The notes below the pieces were generated by a model. The model made no database searches and had not been told where the DNA came from. It worked only from the letters and a program-made list of their open reading frames with translations. 64,000 bases of DNA from NCBI GenBank assembly GCA_040954595.2, contig CM082586.2:4161125-4225124 (forward strand). Direction: 5' to 3'. Shown here one piece after another: positions 42,462 through 56,282 of the stretch. Source of the stretch: Balanoglossus misakiensis (taxonomy: Eukaryota > Animalia > Hemichordata). The position numbers were made by a program, and so were the translations under genes. Position 1 is the stretch's first letter, and each line of letters opens with the position of its first letter.

Positions 42462-45400
42462 ACTAACATGGGAGAAGAGATGGCTGAAACCAGTTCCAAA
42501 ATCCTTACGCGTGAAAAAAATCTTCGCAGGCAACATTTTCATGTCGATGTATTTAACTAAAAAAAACCTCAGGTAAGCCGTGCTTTGGAAGTTGGCAGTA
42601 AACTTTTGACATGTTAGGAGTATTAAATGTCAAACCCTGGCACACAAAGTATTTGGACGCCGTCTCAATATCTTCGCTTTATAGTGAGTCTAGTTACAGA
42701 TTCCCGTGGCGAAACCGAGGCTCTATCTAAATGACACGGCATATAGACCGCGTGTTATCTAGTTTGCAGAATAGCTTTGAACACTGATAGAAATTTAATG
42801 AACCGTGTCGAGTTTAGATTGACCTTTGATAGACTTTTAATAACAGTTGTTATCTAATAAAATAATTCCGTTTCCTTGACGTTTTCCATCACAATACAAT
42901 TTGGCGTTGTCTCGACACGTAGCGGAGTTGATGAGCAGTAGAAATTCCACTATTACCAGAAATCCTCAAGCGTTGATTAACACTCACCGATGCCCGTTCC
43001 CTGCAATAAGGGAGTTTTCATACCGGGGCTTAGTTTGCGATTCGAGTGAGAGAAAAGTACAAATAGATTATTGTACAATCTCCGTTGTATTATTCAATTG
43101 GTATTGTCATTTTTTCCAGACGGGGGTTCTGTCAATTCAAATGTTTGTTCGAAAGAGATATAGGCACCTAGACTATGGTGCAATTTAGACTAGCCTGCCA
43201 ATATTGGACGTATCATGCGCAATGGAAGCATAAAGACAAATGGATCAAACAGAGCATGTTGACGACGCCATGATGGTTCTCTCGATACACTGAACACGGG
43301 CAGCTCGCTGGGATATATACACACATACATCAAAACTTCAATATTTTGCCTTGATTTAAATCACGCAGCGATCAACTCCGGTAAAACACGACCTGGAAAA
43401 AAAATGATAAAGTCGACCTGCGAATGAATAAAGGCCGCGCCGCGAGTCAAACCTCCGCGATTTATTCGGCATATTAAAAGAGAAATTCAAAGAGGTTTAT
43501 GCAACGAGTCAAAGATCTCGATGACAAGTATCTTCTGTTGGTAGATAACAAACGATAACGACGCGAATATTTACGCAAACTTTCATTAAATAGTAAGTCG
43601 AATAGTTCCCGCGGGAAATGATTTACAGAAGTTCTTTTAGTGTCTAGAGTGTCAGCGTGGGGCCTAAATGGTATTGTAACTAGCTCATCTCTAGCCTGCC
43701 GAGGTGACTCTTATCAATGTCTTCTGGGAATCTCCTACTTGACCCTATCGTACACCCTATTCTCTCTAATCATCTTAAAAACTCATTTTCCCCTAACCCC
43801 GCGTTATCTCTGTTGCCTTTCCAAATTTTATTAAACTTTAAGATCGCCAGATTTTCCGTGGAGAACACGCGCTGATTTAACTCTGGGGTTATTCTCCCAA
43901 GTTCTTACGCTGACTTCTCCCCATTCATCCTGTGTCATGCTCTGGGCTATAAACCCAATCTAGTTTTTCTCATATCTCCATTCTTGATTTATTTAATATA
44001 GGTGAGCTGGAAGATAAAATTATAACTTTATATGCTGCTGGAGTGCGCCGAATTCAGCCAAGCGGAAAATCCATCTTTCCGATGCGCCTACGGCTCGGCT
44101 TTTTGATGTGGCGGTAGCGTGTTGCGAGGGCAATAAGGAAATTAACTTCTTAATATAGTTTATCAACTTGGAGAAATATCTGTTTCCACCTTAGGTGCAA
44201 TGATAGCAAAGTTATTTGACAATCTGTTGGATGCGCCTGAAAAGGGTCACCCGTTTACTCGGCGAACCTTTTAGTGTTTTAGCCGTAGTTTGAATGATGT
44301 CACCGACGCTGTCTAATACACGTAAATTGCAAAACTCTCCGGGGTTGCACGGGCCAAATGTAACGGATTGTCGGGCATTGGGATTTGTCAGAGAAAGAAA
44401 AAAAATATTAATTTTCGAGGTGCGCGTAAATTGTCGATCCGGGCGCGATTGGTGGGGATTCTCGATCAACATCAGAATGATGATATAACACTTGTTTTTT
44501 TATGAGTTGATCTTATTGCATACGGATTGGGTGTGGATGGACAGAGTGTGAGAATGTTGGGAAGGAAGAGAGGTGGGCGTCGGGGGATAGAAAACAGATG
44601 GATAAAGACTGGTGAGGAAACTTGGAGATAGACAGACATGCAGTCAGGCAAGCAGCAAGAATAGCAAGAATAAAGGGGGCATACGGAGGGCGTGACTGAG
44701 ACCCCAATCAGAATGACAGATGAAAGCAGAACATATCACCTCTCCGGTTCACGGCTGTATACAAAAAACGATTTAAAACGTGATACGCGGTGTCTTCTCC
44801 CTATAAACTGTATGCATGTAAATTGACTGTAACCCCATCGCGTGAATGGACGCTGCAATAGCCTGTAAACGATATACATGAAACACCACACCGTTGATCG
44901 CAAGACCCATTCTACTGGGTCGTACACCGACTCTCCCCTTCCCTATACGTCTCATATTGCTTTACTATGCGTGATAGAAAACACGCAATGACTTCTTCTG
45001 ACGTGTCAATCGAGACGCTGCCTCATCCGACCTCAGCCTGGCTTGTGTAATTTTTATGTGACTCGTCTGATTACTGGTTCGCAGAAAGGCCGTATTTCAA
45101 AGTTTATTGAGACGGCTATTATTAGCAAAGCACTTAACAAACACGAATTTCGACTTATGAAAGGGGGCAAGATTGGGGGCCGCTAAATTAGCCGTTTTCA
45201 TCAATTGAAAACGGAAATGGGGTGTATGTAAGGATGGCACCATATAAAGCACTATCGGGTGACAATGTTAATACTGTCTTTATTCAGGGGTAAGCTTTTC
45301 TCTCTCAACGTGGGTTGGAGCCGAATCAAGTGGGTTTACAAAGAATAGAGCCATCATACACACTGCTACCGTCAGCTCACATAACACCAACATCCTAAAA

Positions 45401-48400
45401 CCGAATCAAGATTTACCACCAAAGCTTTTCATCACCCTCTAATAATTTTCTGAATGCTATACGCGTTTCTATGACAACCCGAGATTGATTTTTCGTTACA
45501 GTTTCATCATCTCGGCGACTTCATTAGCATTTTGATGACGTTCCTTTCAACTTATCAAAAGTGTGGGTCTCATTGAAAACGTATCGAAATGTATCGTTTC
45601 CACGGCCGTGTTCCATTTCTATTTCAAAGCTCACATTGACAGAGTCAGAAAAAAAATCTTTCATCTCCCAGCCTCTCCTGTCGCAGAATACATCAGGAGC
45701 AATTCACCATTAAATAAATACCTAACTTCAAACGTCATGCATTAGTGATTTCAGCCGCCGGCCCGAGTTTTCGCGAATCCTCGGATAAAACGATAACACA
45801 AACACAAGGCGCTCATCTTTCATACCGCCGTCAGAAATGTTGATAATTTTCACATTTTCTCCACAAAACATTCCGTTTTCAATTCCGCAGTCTGGTCGCT
45901 GTCTTTCCACGAGTCGAGGAAAACGTGAATCCGACAATGCGTTTGCGGGAGGTAACGCGAAAGTGGGGTCATGGGGTCGACCGCGGCTGCCCGGAAAATA
46001 CCCGGATGATTAGCTTTATTACGAATATAAAAACACCCATGTGATTACACGTATGGGACAATGGATGGACAGTGATCGTGGTTATATTGTAATTGATGAC
46101 CTCAGAGTTTAAATTATTCAATCCCATCTCGTTCATGCGCAATTTGCAGTAAATCACACGAGGTAGGCGCTATACGTGGCGAACATCCGACGTGTTCCAA
46201 AGCCCCTCCCGTATACCCCTCCCCCCCCCCACAAGTCCCCAGTTTAATTAAGTAGGCATTTCGTAGCGGTTGCGCTCAAAAGTTGAGACTGCAGTTAACC
46301 CTAACCGCTGATTGGTTAGTAGCGCCCGATGACAAGTTTGAGAACGCGCTGAAAGTCTACGATAAAAAAGATTCGGCGCTTTTCCCGAACAGAAAAACAC
46401 CGAGACGAAATAAAAACTTGCAAAAATAATAAAACTTAGGGAAAAATCACGAAAAGTTTAAAATCTCATTTGGAAACGACACCACTTTTCCTTCGCGGAA
46501 AAAGCATCGCCTCGCCAACGCTGCAGACGGCTGTTGTTATTCTAGTTGGCGTTGGCAAAGTAATTGCAAATGCATGATACAAGTAAATTGATTTGTGCTT
46601 GAACAGTCTTAGCCTACAGACAATCGAGTCGTTCGCAGCGGCAGCGTGATACCTGTAAACCAACCCACCAATAACCGGCTCTAAAAAACTTTAATTGAAA
46701 TAGATAATGGGATATGCAAATAGCCAAGCGGCATCCGATACCCTTACCGGGAAAGGAGGGGGCGGGGTCGAATTCAGAGGGTCAAAGGACATGATCATTA
46801 TTTGGTTTCTGGGGCAACCGTAATTATTACTGTCTTTTTCCGTTGCGGACAAGAAATAAACACCTTGTGGTCTATATACGGGTACTTACGTGGGTCACTA
46901 ACGCTGGGAATAGTGCCTCTTCTCCCGACAACTGAAATCCAGTGAGAAGAAAATGGAAAATGTCATACAAAAACCAAAAAAACAATATTGAGTTTTAATA
47001 CTATCAGGGCGTTATCCCTGTCATGTATAGTCACACTTGCTGTTATTCGCGTTTGCTTTGCAATTGCGCCCTGTACGCGACTGGCCAGGACGGGCGCGCT
47101 CTTTTAACGGTAGCAAAACTGGTATAGCAAACGGACAGATCACATTCAACTGAATAGCAATGGTGATGGGGAATTGCGAACAGTGACGACTGTTAAAAGT
47201 CCATCACTTTGTTCATGCAACGAAGAAATACTATTTTATCTCATACACAAAGCCTCTCGTGTCGTTTCCAACGATTCTGTAGACGTCCAACGAAAACGTC
47301 ACACTCCCATTCTAACCACCCTCATCTAAATTCCATTCGCAAGACGACTTCGTTTTTTTTCACAACTTTCTTTTCCTTTTTAAATTATACATAAAATCGT
47401 CGCTTTAGGACGTGGATTTTAATTACTTCATTGAGCAAACGCCCCATTGTCACGTAAAAGACTGTTCGCTAAAATTCTGAGAAACTCGTCGGAGATAGTT
47501 TGGGGAAAAAACACCGCCCCGGGAAAAGCAATATCCCAAGGAAGGTTTCTTTAACTCCTACCAGGATTACTCCTTGTGATGTGTGAAAAAAACTGCGTTA
47601 ATGCAGAGGCGTTCGATTATCTGAAACAGAATACACACTTATAGCTTTCGAGATTATGCTGATGATAAATTAGCGTGTCGTTGTTGAAATCTCGCTTTCA
47701 CAACATTTTGGTTTCCGACTCAACAATTTAAAGTGAGAAGTTTTTATTTCCATAGAAACTAATACGCGCGCGCATTAATCGAAGCCGGGGAAAAACTCAT
47801 CAAGTGAGGGCGGCTATATCGGCTCGGGAGATTTGTCATATATGTGATCTGTCGTTAAAAAACTACAGGAAATCAGACGTTCGTTTTATAACAGGAGAAG
47901 ACGCCATTTCCTGTACTGTAATTGGAGTTCTCCGAAAATAAATGTTCATTTAGGTGTGTTTATCTCCATTGCAGACACGCTGGGCTGATTTATCACGAAG
48001 GAGCGTCAACCGTATGTTTTTGAAAACTGCGTCCGGGATTTCGGGGTTCACTTATGCAAAAAATACTAAAAAGTGGTCAGTTTTACATTTTGGCACAATT
48101 TTCATTCGGGTATTGAATTTATTATCACTTTCGCATTTTTGACAGTTTACGAGTCCTCAGTATCTCGTAGTACGCAAAATGTCTCTGTTCCTGCTATAAT
48201 CTTTCTCTTGTATAATCGCATTTGGTTAGCTTCCTAGTTTCGTTCGGTGGGCGCCGCTGTTTTAAATTTACCTTGACATGTTAACACGCTCGTTATTTGT
48301 TCAGTATTGAAATCAACGGGAGCGAATGCACGGGCGCATTGCGAAACATAAACACTGAGTTCCGTGGCAGACCAAATCGATGAAGACACCGCGCGCCGGG

Positions 48401-51400
48401 CTTATCAGGATATTCACTGCCGAGCGCGGAGAAATGATGACAAGAGCAAATCAGATTGTTTTATTAGTGACGTGCTCAAGATGTTACTTGGCGTTTCACG
48501 TGTTCCTTTCTGTTGTATCGGTAAGAGCGTTCTGTAGTTTGGGCGCAGTGGGAGACTCTTCCCTGACAGAGAACGCTGATCAGAGTTTCATCTTACGCAC
48601 GTAGCTCGGGAACCAGCGTATGAAAGCAGATCGCCCAGAGCCACGTGTCCTAGCGTGGACTCCCAGATAGCACTCCCAGCTAGGAAAAATACGCTGAGCA
48701 CAATTTCCTATCCTCTCTATTAAAACGGAAACGTCACTTTAGACATAGCATTTCCATGGTAACCGATTCCGACAGTGAATTTCAATTATTTTGTTGTGAC
48801 CTGTGTAGTAATTGCCTATACATGCTAATGGTACGGAACTTTAATGCAGACTGCGCGTCGAAGGCTGAGCGCCGGGGGCTATATACGATATTAACTTCTG
48901 GAGTTAAACTTTGCATCAAACGGTATGATTATGGACTGAATACCAAAAAAACACACACTCCCCTTTGGGTCCGAATCTGTGTTTCATTCCAGCATACCAT
49001 GTCTCCTCTATATGAGTCTGTATCTAATGGACAACCAGAGCCAATGCATTTCTTTCTATTTCTCGCTGATATGTTCAAGGGATGCATGTCTATTGATGAG
49101 TGCATTCCGATGATTACCAATATTTTAGTTGTGATGTAAAACCGAGTAGGGGAAAATATCAGAGCGGGGATGCGATATGGACGGGCCGCTAACGTTGAAA
49201 AGGGCGTTTCAGGCGCTACATAACATACTGTTCCTAAAAATCCAGGAAATCTACCATTTGGAAATAGAAGGAATAAACCATTTACTGCTCTTAAAACAAC
49301 CCAATTAAAACATAAACGAGAAATTATTCCAGACGGGACAGGATTTCTTAAAAATTGCACATAGCTCCTCAAGGTATGAAGAGAATATCTCTAGCGAAAA
49401 TGACTGCGTTTATCAGTCGTCAGCAGCAACGCAGTGCCGTGCCGTGCCGGTGAAAAGTCCCGAATGGAGTCCTTCTCCGGATTTAGTTATTTTATTTCCA
49501 CGACACACGGCGGTAAAATTTCTGTCAAGAAACAAGGGAATTGGTACGCCGTTCGAAATGCCAACAGGTTCAACGGCGCGCGGTGACAGATGTAGGCAAG
49601 ACTCGTAAACGCGCACGGACAGGAGAGAATTACACCTTTTTTTCAATAAATAGCGTGATGGAAATAATACAAGACAAGTAGGAACGGGAAATTGCTATGT
49701 TAGGTCAATTTGCAACATCGGGCGATGAGATCTCCCAAGGTTTATTGGTGAAAATGACCAACTGAATTTGTCAATCTGGTGGCAACACAAACCCCCGCCT
49801 GCGGGCAATTTACTTCATAGGGTCTATCGGAAACAGTACAAGGCAGAAACTGAGAGCAACAAATAGGCATGTGTTTAGGCTGTAATAACTAATTTGCAAT
49901 GTGCTGTGAAGCATAGAATCAGGTATCAAGAGAGCTCTTATCACGGCAGACACATAGCCGATTAGGTCAGTGCACAAAATTGGATGACAAGCGAGGGGGA
50001 TGAGCTCGCCGGGGTGAATCCCTAACAATTCGACGAATACCTGCAAATTTCATCGCTAAAGCACGTAACTTAACTTGGGGTCACACGGCGCTATACAAAC
50101 GGTCCATTAAAACGCCTTCATCAAAAGGCGTTATTTTGTATGGAATAGTGAAAGAAGTCAACGTCACAATCACAGACTGATATAAAAAATGAATGTCACC
50201 CTATACCTAGATTGAGTCAATCATAGGTGTCTCGCGTTTGGTTTACCGAGGGCGACTTTAGCATATTTTACGTCCAAATTGTCTAAAACGGACACCCTGA
50301 CGAAAGAAATATTTTTGCACAATATTTCCACAAAATAAACGCCGATTAATGTCCTATTTTGAGTTTCAAATCGTGCTTACTTCAACCATTATTACCAGGC
50401 TTTGAACAGAATTGAAACACACTATTGACAATTGAGGGAACAAAAACTGGCTAAATTCGCACAAATAGCGGAATCGTTCTGTCATTTCATGGAAAGGGTG
50501 AGAGCAATAGTCGGAATGGAAGGCGAGGGGGGGGTATGATGGCTGAGGGTGGTTTCGGTGGGTACCATTCACTTCAGTGTCGATTTCAACGCAGTAGTTT
50601 TGAAACAGTTTTGTGCGACAGGAAGATACTACATGTACTATGATTTGGCCAACAAACAGTGCTGGTTTATAAAGGCAAATGTTTATCAACGGAAACAACG
50701 GCGGGGAAATAGGGATAAATGAACACCAATCGGATATCGATGAGACGATAAATATGCTGCGAATTCACATATCTTAATTTTTCACGGGTGACATGGTGTA
50801 TGAGACATTTGACGCGCTAGAATTGGATATGGACGTGTGTTTTTTTATATAGAGAAATGCGTCTTCACAGCTGATAAGTCCAAGTCTAATAAATCTGGTT
50901 AAATAACGCAAGAAAAGAAATAAGTTATCCGGTTGCAATAGTTTGACGTTTTTTTATTAGATATTGCCGGTCTTAAATGCCGTTGAATCGGAAAACACAT
51001 GATCGAATTTTCTGATAAAATCTCATAGCTGAAATGCAGTTTTCCGCACACGCTGTTAGAGGAAATACAGCGTAATGTTCCTAACAAGCGACGGGAAGTT
51101 GGAAACACACGGCTGGATTGGCCTATTTCCCGGTTGAATTTGATCAGCCGTGCGGGTGAGTCTAGTCTGTCATATGCCGTACGGAGTATTGGCTATAGAA
51201 AGGCTTAATGGTCTGCGCCATATGCCCGATAAATACACTATTGCTACCGAGTCTATCGACCGCTATCTGCGAAATATCTGTTATTTTTACACAATTGTGG
51301 TCTTATTATCGAGTTTGTCGTCAGCTAGTGGGCCGTGAAATGGGAAGGTGTCGCTGAATTTCAACAGGGATCTCGTGATTTGGAGAGCATAATACGAGCA

Positions 51401-52569
51401 ATGCCGAACATTTACATCTGAATGCGGAATTTACATTTAAACATTTACAGGTTCGCCGTGTTCGAGAGACGCGGCTGACCTCGAAGCGAGAATACGTCGC
51501 ATCCGAGTTTTATCTGAACTGCGTGAACCAGTCAGTTGACGACAAAATGTTGGGTTTCGCGGTAAACACCACAAGAGTTATATAACACACAGACCGTCGG
51601 ATGAGTAGTAACTGAGCTAAACCATCCACGAATGCACAGAGTTTTTGCAAACAAAGAAATGAAAGTCAGACAACTTTCACACTGCATTTGCACATTCCCA
51701 GACTGGGCCGACAATTACTTGAAATCATGAATATGCAAATACCGAACACCACAAACACCCTCGCCTATTGGCAGCTGTGTGATTAATCGTCGGAACTTTT
51801 TAAAATTTACACCAATGAGAGGGGTCGAGAAACGCTTTAAGCTGGTGTCAGGGTTGCCGAAAACAGACACAGCATCCATTGAAATATTCAAATAAACACT
51901 GTTCTATAACGTCCGAAGATTGAGACCGAAAACGGCCACCTGTCTGTATTTGTCAATGCAATGCATAGCGAGACAACCTCTGAGTTTTTGCTGTATTTAA
52001 AATGTAATTTGCAACCGATAGCCATAGATTTGAACACATAGGCCTACTAGTATATTATTGCTGACTTGATTCGAGTGTGTGTTCGACCCTGTCCGAAAAC
52101 TATCCCGAAAACAAATTCCTGACTATTTGCGTCACATTTTACGGGGAACGGCAATAATTATGAATCAAAGACCATATCAGTAAAAGAAAGGATGATTACA
52201 CACGCAAAAATAATAGCAAGCCAACCAAAACGTTACTGTGATAGTCTTATATGCGAAGCTACGCGCCAGCGTTAACGGTGCCCGAACACGCACACACGGT
52301 TGTTTAACTCCGTGAGCGTGCAGGCGACTATTTTTTGTTTAGGCCGATATTGATGGAATTTTTGTTTGTATCGCCAGACCTTGTTTGTCACTAGTTTTAA
52401 CGCTGTGGTTTTTAATAATTTCGCAGTCAGGTAGGAAAAAATACGACACATCCTGTCATTACTCTGTTTGGCGATGCGGTCTATCGGTTATCGGATATCT
52501 CGTAAACAACAACAACGGTAATGATGATAATGAACAAGAACAAAAGGGAGAGTTGAATATGAGCCTCAC

Positions 52570-52895
52570 CTGTTCTCCACATCTGTGGTGGCGGCGGTAG
52601 CTGAGGTGGATGCGGCGGGGGCGGTGGTGGTGGTGGAGGCGGCGGAGGTGGAGCCAGCGGTCCCGGTGCCGCCGTCGTCGGCAGTGACTGCGTCGGGGGC
52701 TTGGGTTCCACGCAGGTACACTGCATCATGCTACGGAAACTATGCGGGTGGGGGCGAAGTGGCGCGGACGGCGGCGCTGCGATGTTGTCGACGCAGAACT
52801 TGGCCCCAGCTGCTGGGTGGCTGCTGTTGTTGGTGCTGCTGCTGCTGAAGCCCTGGCCAACACTCTCGCACAGCGTTGATTGTGTCGGCGCGCTC
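52570..52895 (-). CDS. ERF: Probable upstream coding exon of the ERF/ETV3-like gene (Ser/Pro-rich N-terminus)
   Basis: GC-rich island with acceptor TTACAG| at 52896/52895 and donor ACAG|GTGAG at 52570/52569. The frame is open throughout (…SAPTQST…MMQCTCVEPK…poly-Pro…QMWRT). The phase-1 donor joins in frame to 39277, giving QMWRT-GFAFPEW (cf. ERF ADT-GFAFPDW). The ATG at 52729 may be the start. Confidence 0.7.
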
Positions 52896-55780
52896 CTGTA
52901 AGTTCAATAAAGTAGAAATGAAGAGCATTAAGCTTTCAACAATTAAGAGTCCACAGCCAAAGGTACAATATTTTCATCCTAAAAGACTCGACGTTCGTGT
53001 AAGACCTTCACACATATACACATGTCCCATTTCCCCTAGGCCGCGAATGCACGGAAATAAATCGTATACTAGCAGCACATTTGCGACAGGAGAGCTAATT
53101 AGAGACACAAATATCGGGATACTTCATGTTTGGAACGACGTAATAACCAGCAGAGCTGACGTCAAGAAATTAAACTTTGTTAAAAACACATCTAAAAATA
53201 ATTTTAAAAACAAATAACAATAAGCTGTGTTTTTTTTAAAGTAAACTCACCATACGAAACCAAGACCCAGCCTTGAAAACAACTCATATGTATGCATTTG
53301 ATGAGCCGACAACCAAAACATGGCCCACAGTTTAAGGTGTTGGCTACGACGGCAAATACACACGTGTTGTCAATTCGCAGACTGCGATAAAACTAAATAC
53401 TACACAAAACATCATCTTCGCGACGCCCTCTTGCAAAATTTCCACAACAGATAATGCGTGACGTCACTCACGTGTTCTAACAAGCGCATTTCGGGACACA
53501 GCCCATGCGCCGGTGTGTTTCGTACTAAACGCGCCAATGCTCTCGTAAATTGTATCACATCTTAATGAATTGTTTAATTGTCTAAGTGTGTCCCCGACGC
53601 TGCCCCCATAATACGCATGCCCAGATCTGCCAACAATGTAATTTACAGCGCCATACTCAACCACCGGCCACGACTTGCTTAACATTCTATAATCGTAATT
53701 ACTGTCAATCTCTCGGCGGTCGTGGAATATTTCACTTCCCGCCGCCGCTTTCCATACCCCTCCCACCACAAAATTTAGCATAAACTTAAACACAGCACAA
53801 AAAGGGACTAAATTCTCGGAATTCGCCGCTTTTCGTCGCGCGCAGGCGATTTGCCGCGCCCGTTAAATCCCAACCAGCGCACTGCACTTCCTCAGTGGAC
53901 GAAGGACGTGTAGCAACATTAATAGCGCAGAATTAATCTGAAGCGGTAAATACATTATTTTAAGCGTCGTATTGACATTTAATTTTCCGGGTCAACGACA
54001 TTTCAATCTCACTCCTGTTTGTCTATATTTCTAAAACTGATATTTAAACTCTATAAATAAAGTTCACGCATGCAGACATAGGTTTTCTATCTCCACGGGT
54101 TCTATTGTCTTGGAAGCTATACCGGGACTCGGGACAGCGATACAAATGGTACGTATACGGACTTCCTGTCACTAGGATCGGAGAAGGACGATTACCTTTT
54201 CGAAGTCATTTATCTTAGCGCCGTGATAATGACAAGTAACAAGGTGAAGAGGCTAAACAACGTTGAAAACTGTTCATATTTAGAAAAACAGTAATGATAA
54301 CAATGCTAGACAGTAATTGGAGTACTGGATATTAGCGTTGAGTATCTGGCAAACGCCTCGATACTCTGAGATTAGCCGTGCATACAGACGAAACGACCGA
54401 CCTTGATTCAGAATGACATCAAACAATGAATTGCTTTTGCGGAGTTTTTTTGTGCCGTGTTGTGATCGCGTGGGGTTTTGACAGATCCCGATATCAGTTG
54501 ATGTCATGACAATGATGTTTGACATGAACGGTTCATCTTGCTATTTTGCGCCAAACTGGCAAAGTGGTTCGTTAATAAAAACGACCATCATCTCCAGAAG
54601 TAATTGAAATTGTCAAAAGAATACAAATCCGAAGCTTGCGGTGATAGTTTCGCCCTTGAAATTACACATTTCCCGCCCTAAAACACATTATAAGCAATTT
54701 CCTAATTAGGCGCCGTGCCTGTGAGACAATTTTTTTCGATGATTTTTGTTAAAAAGTAAGATCACCACTGATAAGAATGACAGAAATGCTAATACAGTGA
54801 AATCAAGTAAAGTTGGACCTGTCGGGAACGACTTCAAATACGACATTCTCGCGCGAACACGCTAAACGCAATACATATAGCTAGCAAGAAACACTGATTG
54901 TACTTACATGGCTAAGTTCTTAGAGTGGCTGAGATACAACGATAGCTATAGGTGAGCTAACACTATTCCAGCACCGCGTAACTATATCCACTGCCAAGTA
55001 CTAGCCAACTGTCACTTCCTTGTTTTCTGAGCTTTGAGTATATATATAGTACATTTTGAGTGTATTTATTTCAGGATATCCATAAATATGCAGAACAGTG
55101 TTTATTTTCTTTGCGGTTTTCCTATATTTTCTGAAAATCGGTAGCCTCCAGGCCAAGTCTAGCGAGAGAATCCAATAATTCGTTTCCGCTTTCTCCCATG
55201 TTGTTTTCAATCTCGAGGAAGAAGCGCCCCTAGCCAACACCCGGGTGACCGCAACGCTGCCGTGCGTCTGTTACATCTGTACGGCCCCGCCTGCCGATGA
55301 CGACTGATTGTTTGATCATCGGCGCGGGGTTAGAGGGCCCTGAGAATCGAACATGTCTTATTTGTCACCCGGATGTCTGCTTGTGTTACAAACACACAGA
55401 TCAATGCCACCATTGCCCGCCGTCCTATTTTGCCCAGTGAATCTGTTGTTATTTTCATTCAAATAGGAAGATATCGACGCCTCAAAACGGATGCTTTCTC
55501 TTCATGGTTTAACTGATTTCATCAATTTTGCTCCGTGTTTTTTTGAAATCTGAACAGAGTTCGGAGAGTGTGACAGTTCCCGCCGCCTACTTCCTCACAG
55601 CGACCCCACAATAATATTATGGTCTGGAAATTCATTTGTCGGAAGTTTGTCCATTTGTGACAAAACAAAGTATCTTCAATCACAGCGGGTGAAACAAATT
55701 TGTTATCAGAAAAATAACACTTATCCTTGTTGACAAGACGATTGTTAATTTTTGACATATTGGAATACCTATAGGCCTAT

Positions 55781-55830
55781 ATGTATCTATCTATCTATGT
55801 ATCTATCTATCTACTAATCTATCTATCTAT
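55781..55830. repeat. Imperfect (TATC)n microsatellite
   Basis: atgtatctatctatctatgtatctatctatctactaatctatctatctat. Confidence 0.7.
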
Positions 55831-56145
55831 TGTGGTTGACTAAAAACCGAAAACCTCGTGACTAAATTTCTGTATGGAAGAAATACATCGGCGGCATTCC
55901 AATGTACGCATACATTTACAGTGGTAATCTTCAGGGTAGAAACTAATCAAAATATTCAATAATTCCCAACGAATCATTTTAAAAATGTCTTTTATAGATT
56001 ATTCTCGTCAGTATTCGATCTGCGCATGAGCAAACATGCGCTATAGGCCTGTAGTGATGTCATCAGACGGTCGAAAGGTATAGTGCCGACTTTTTTTACA
56101 AATCACGAAAGATCGTAAAAACAGGTCGACATTGACATTGAACTA

Positions 56146-56282
56146 GTATGTATGTATGTATGTATGTATGTATGTATGTATGTATGTATGTATGTATGTA
56201 TGTATGTATGTATGTATGTATGTATGTATGTATGTATGTATGTATGTATGTATGTATGTATGTATGTATGTATGTATGTATG
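56146..56282. repeat. (TATG)n microsatellite
   Basis: Perfect GTAT run of ~136 nt. Confidence 0.97.
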
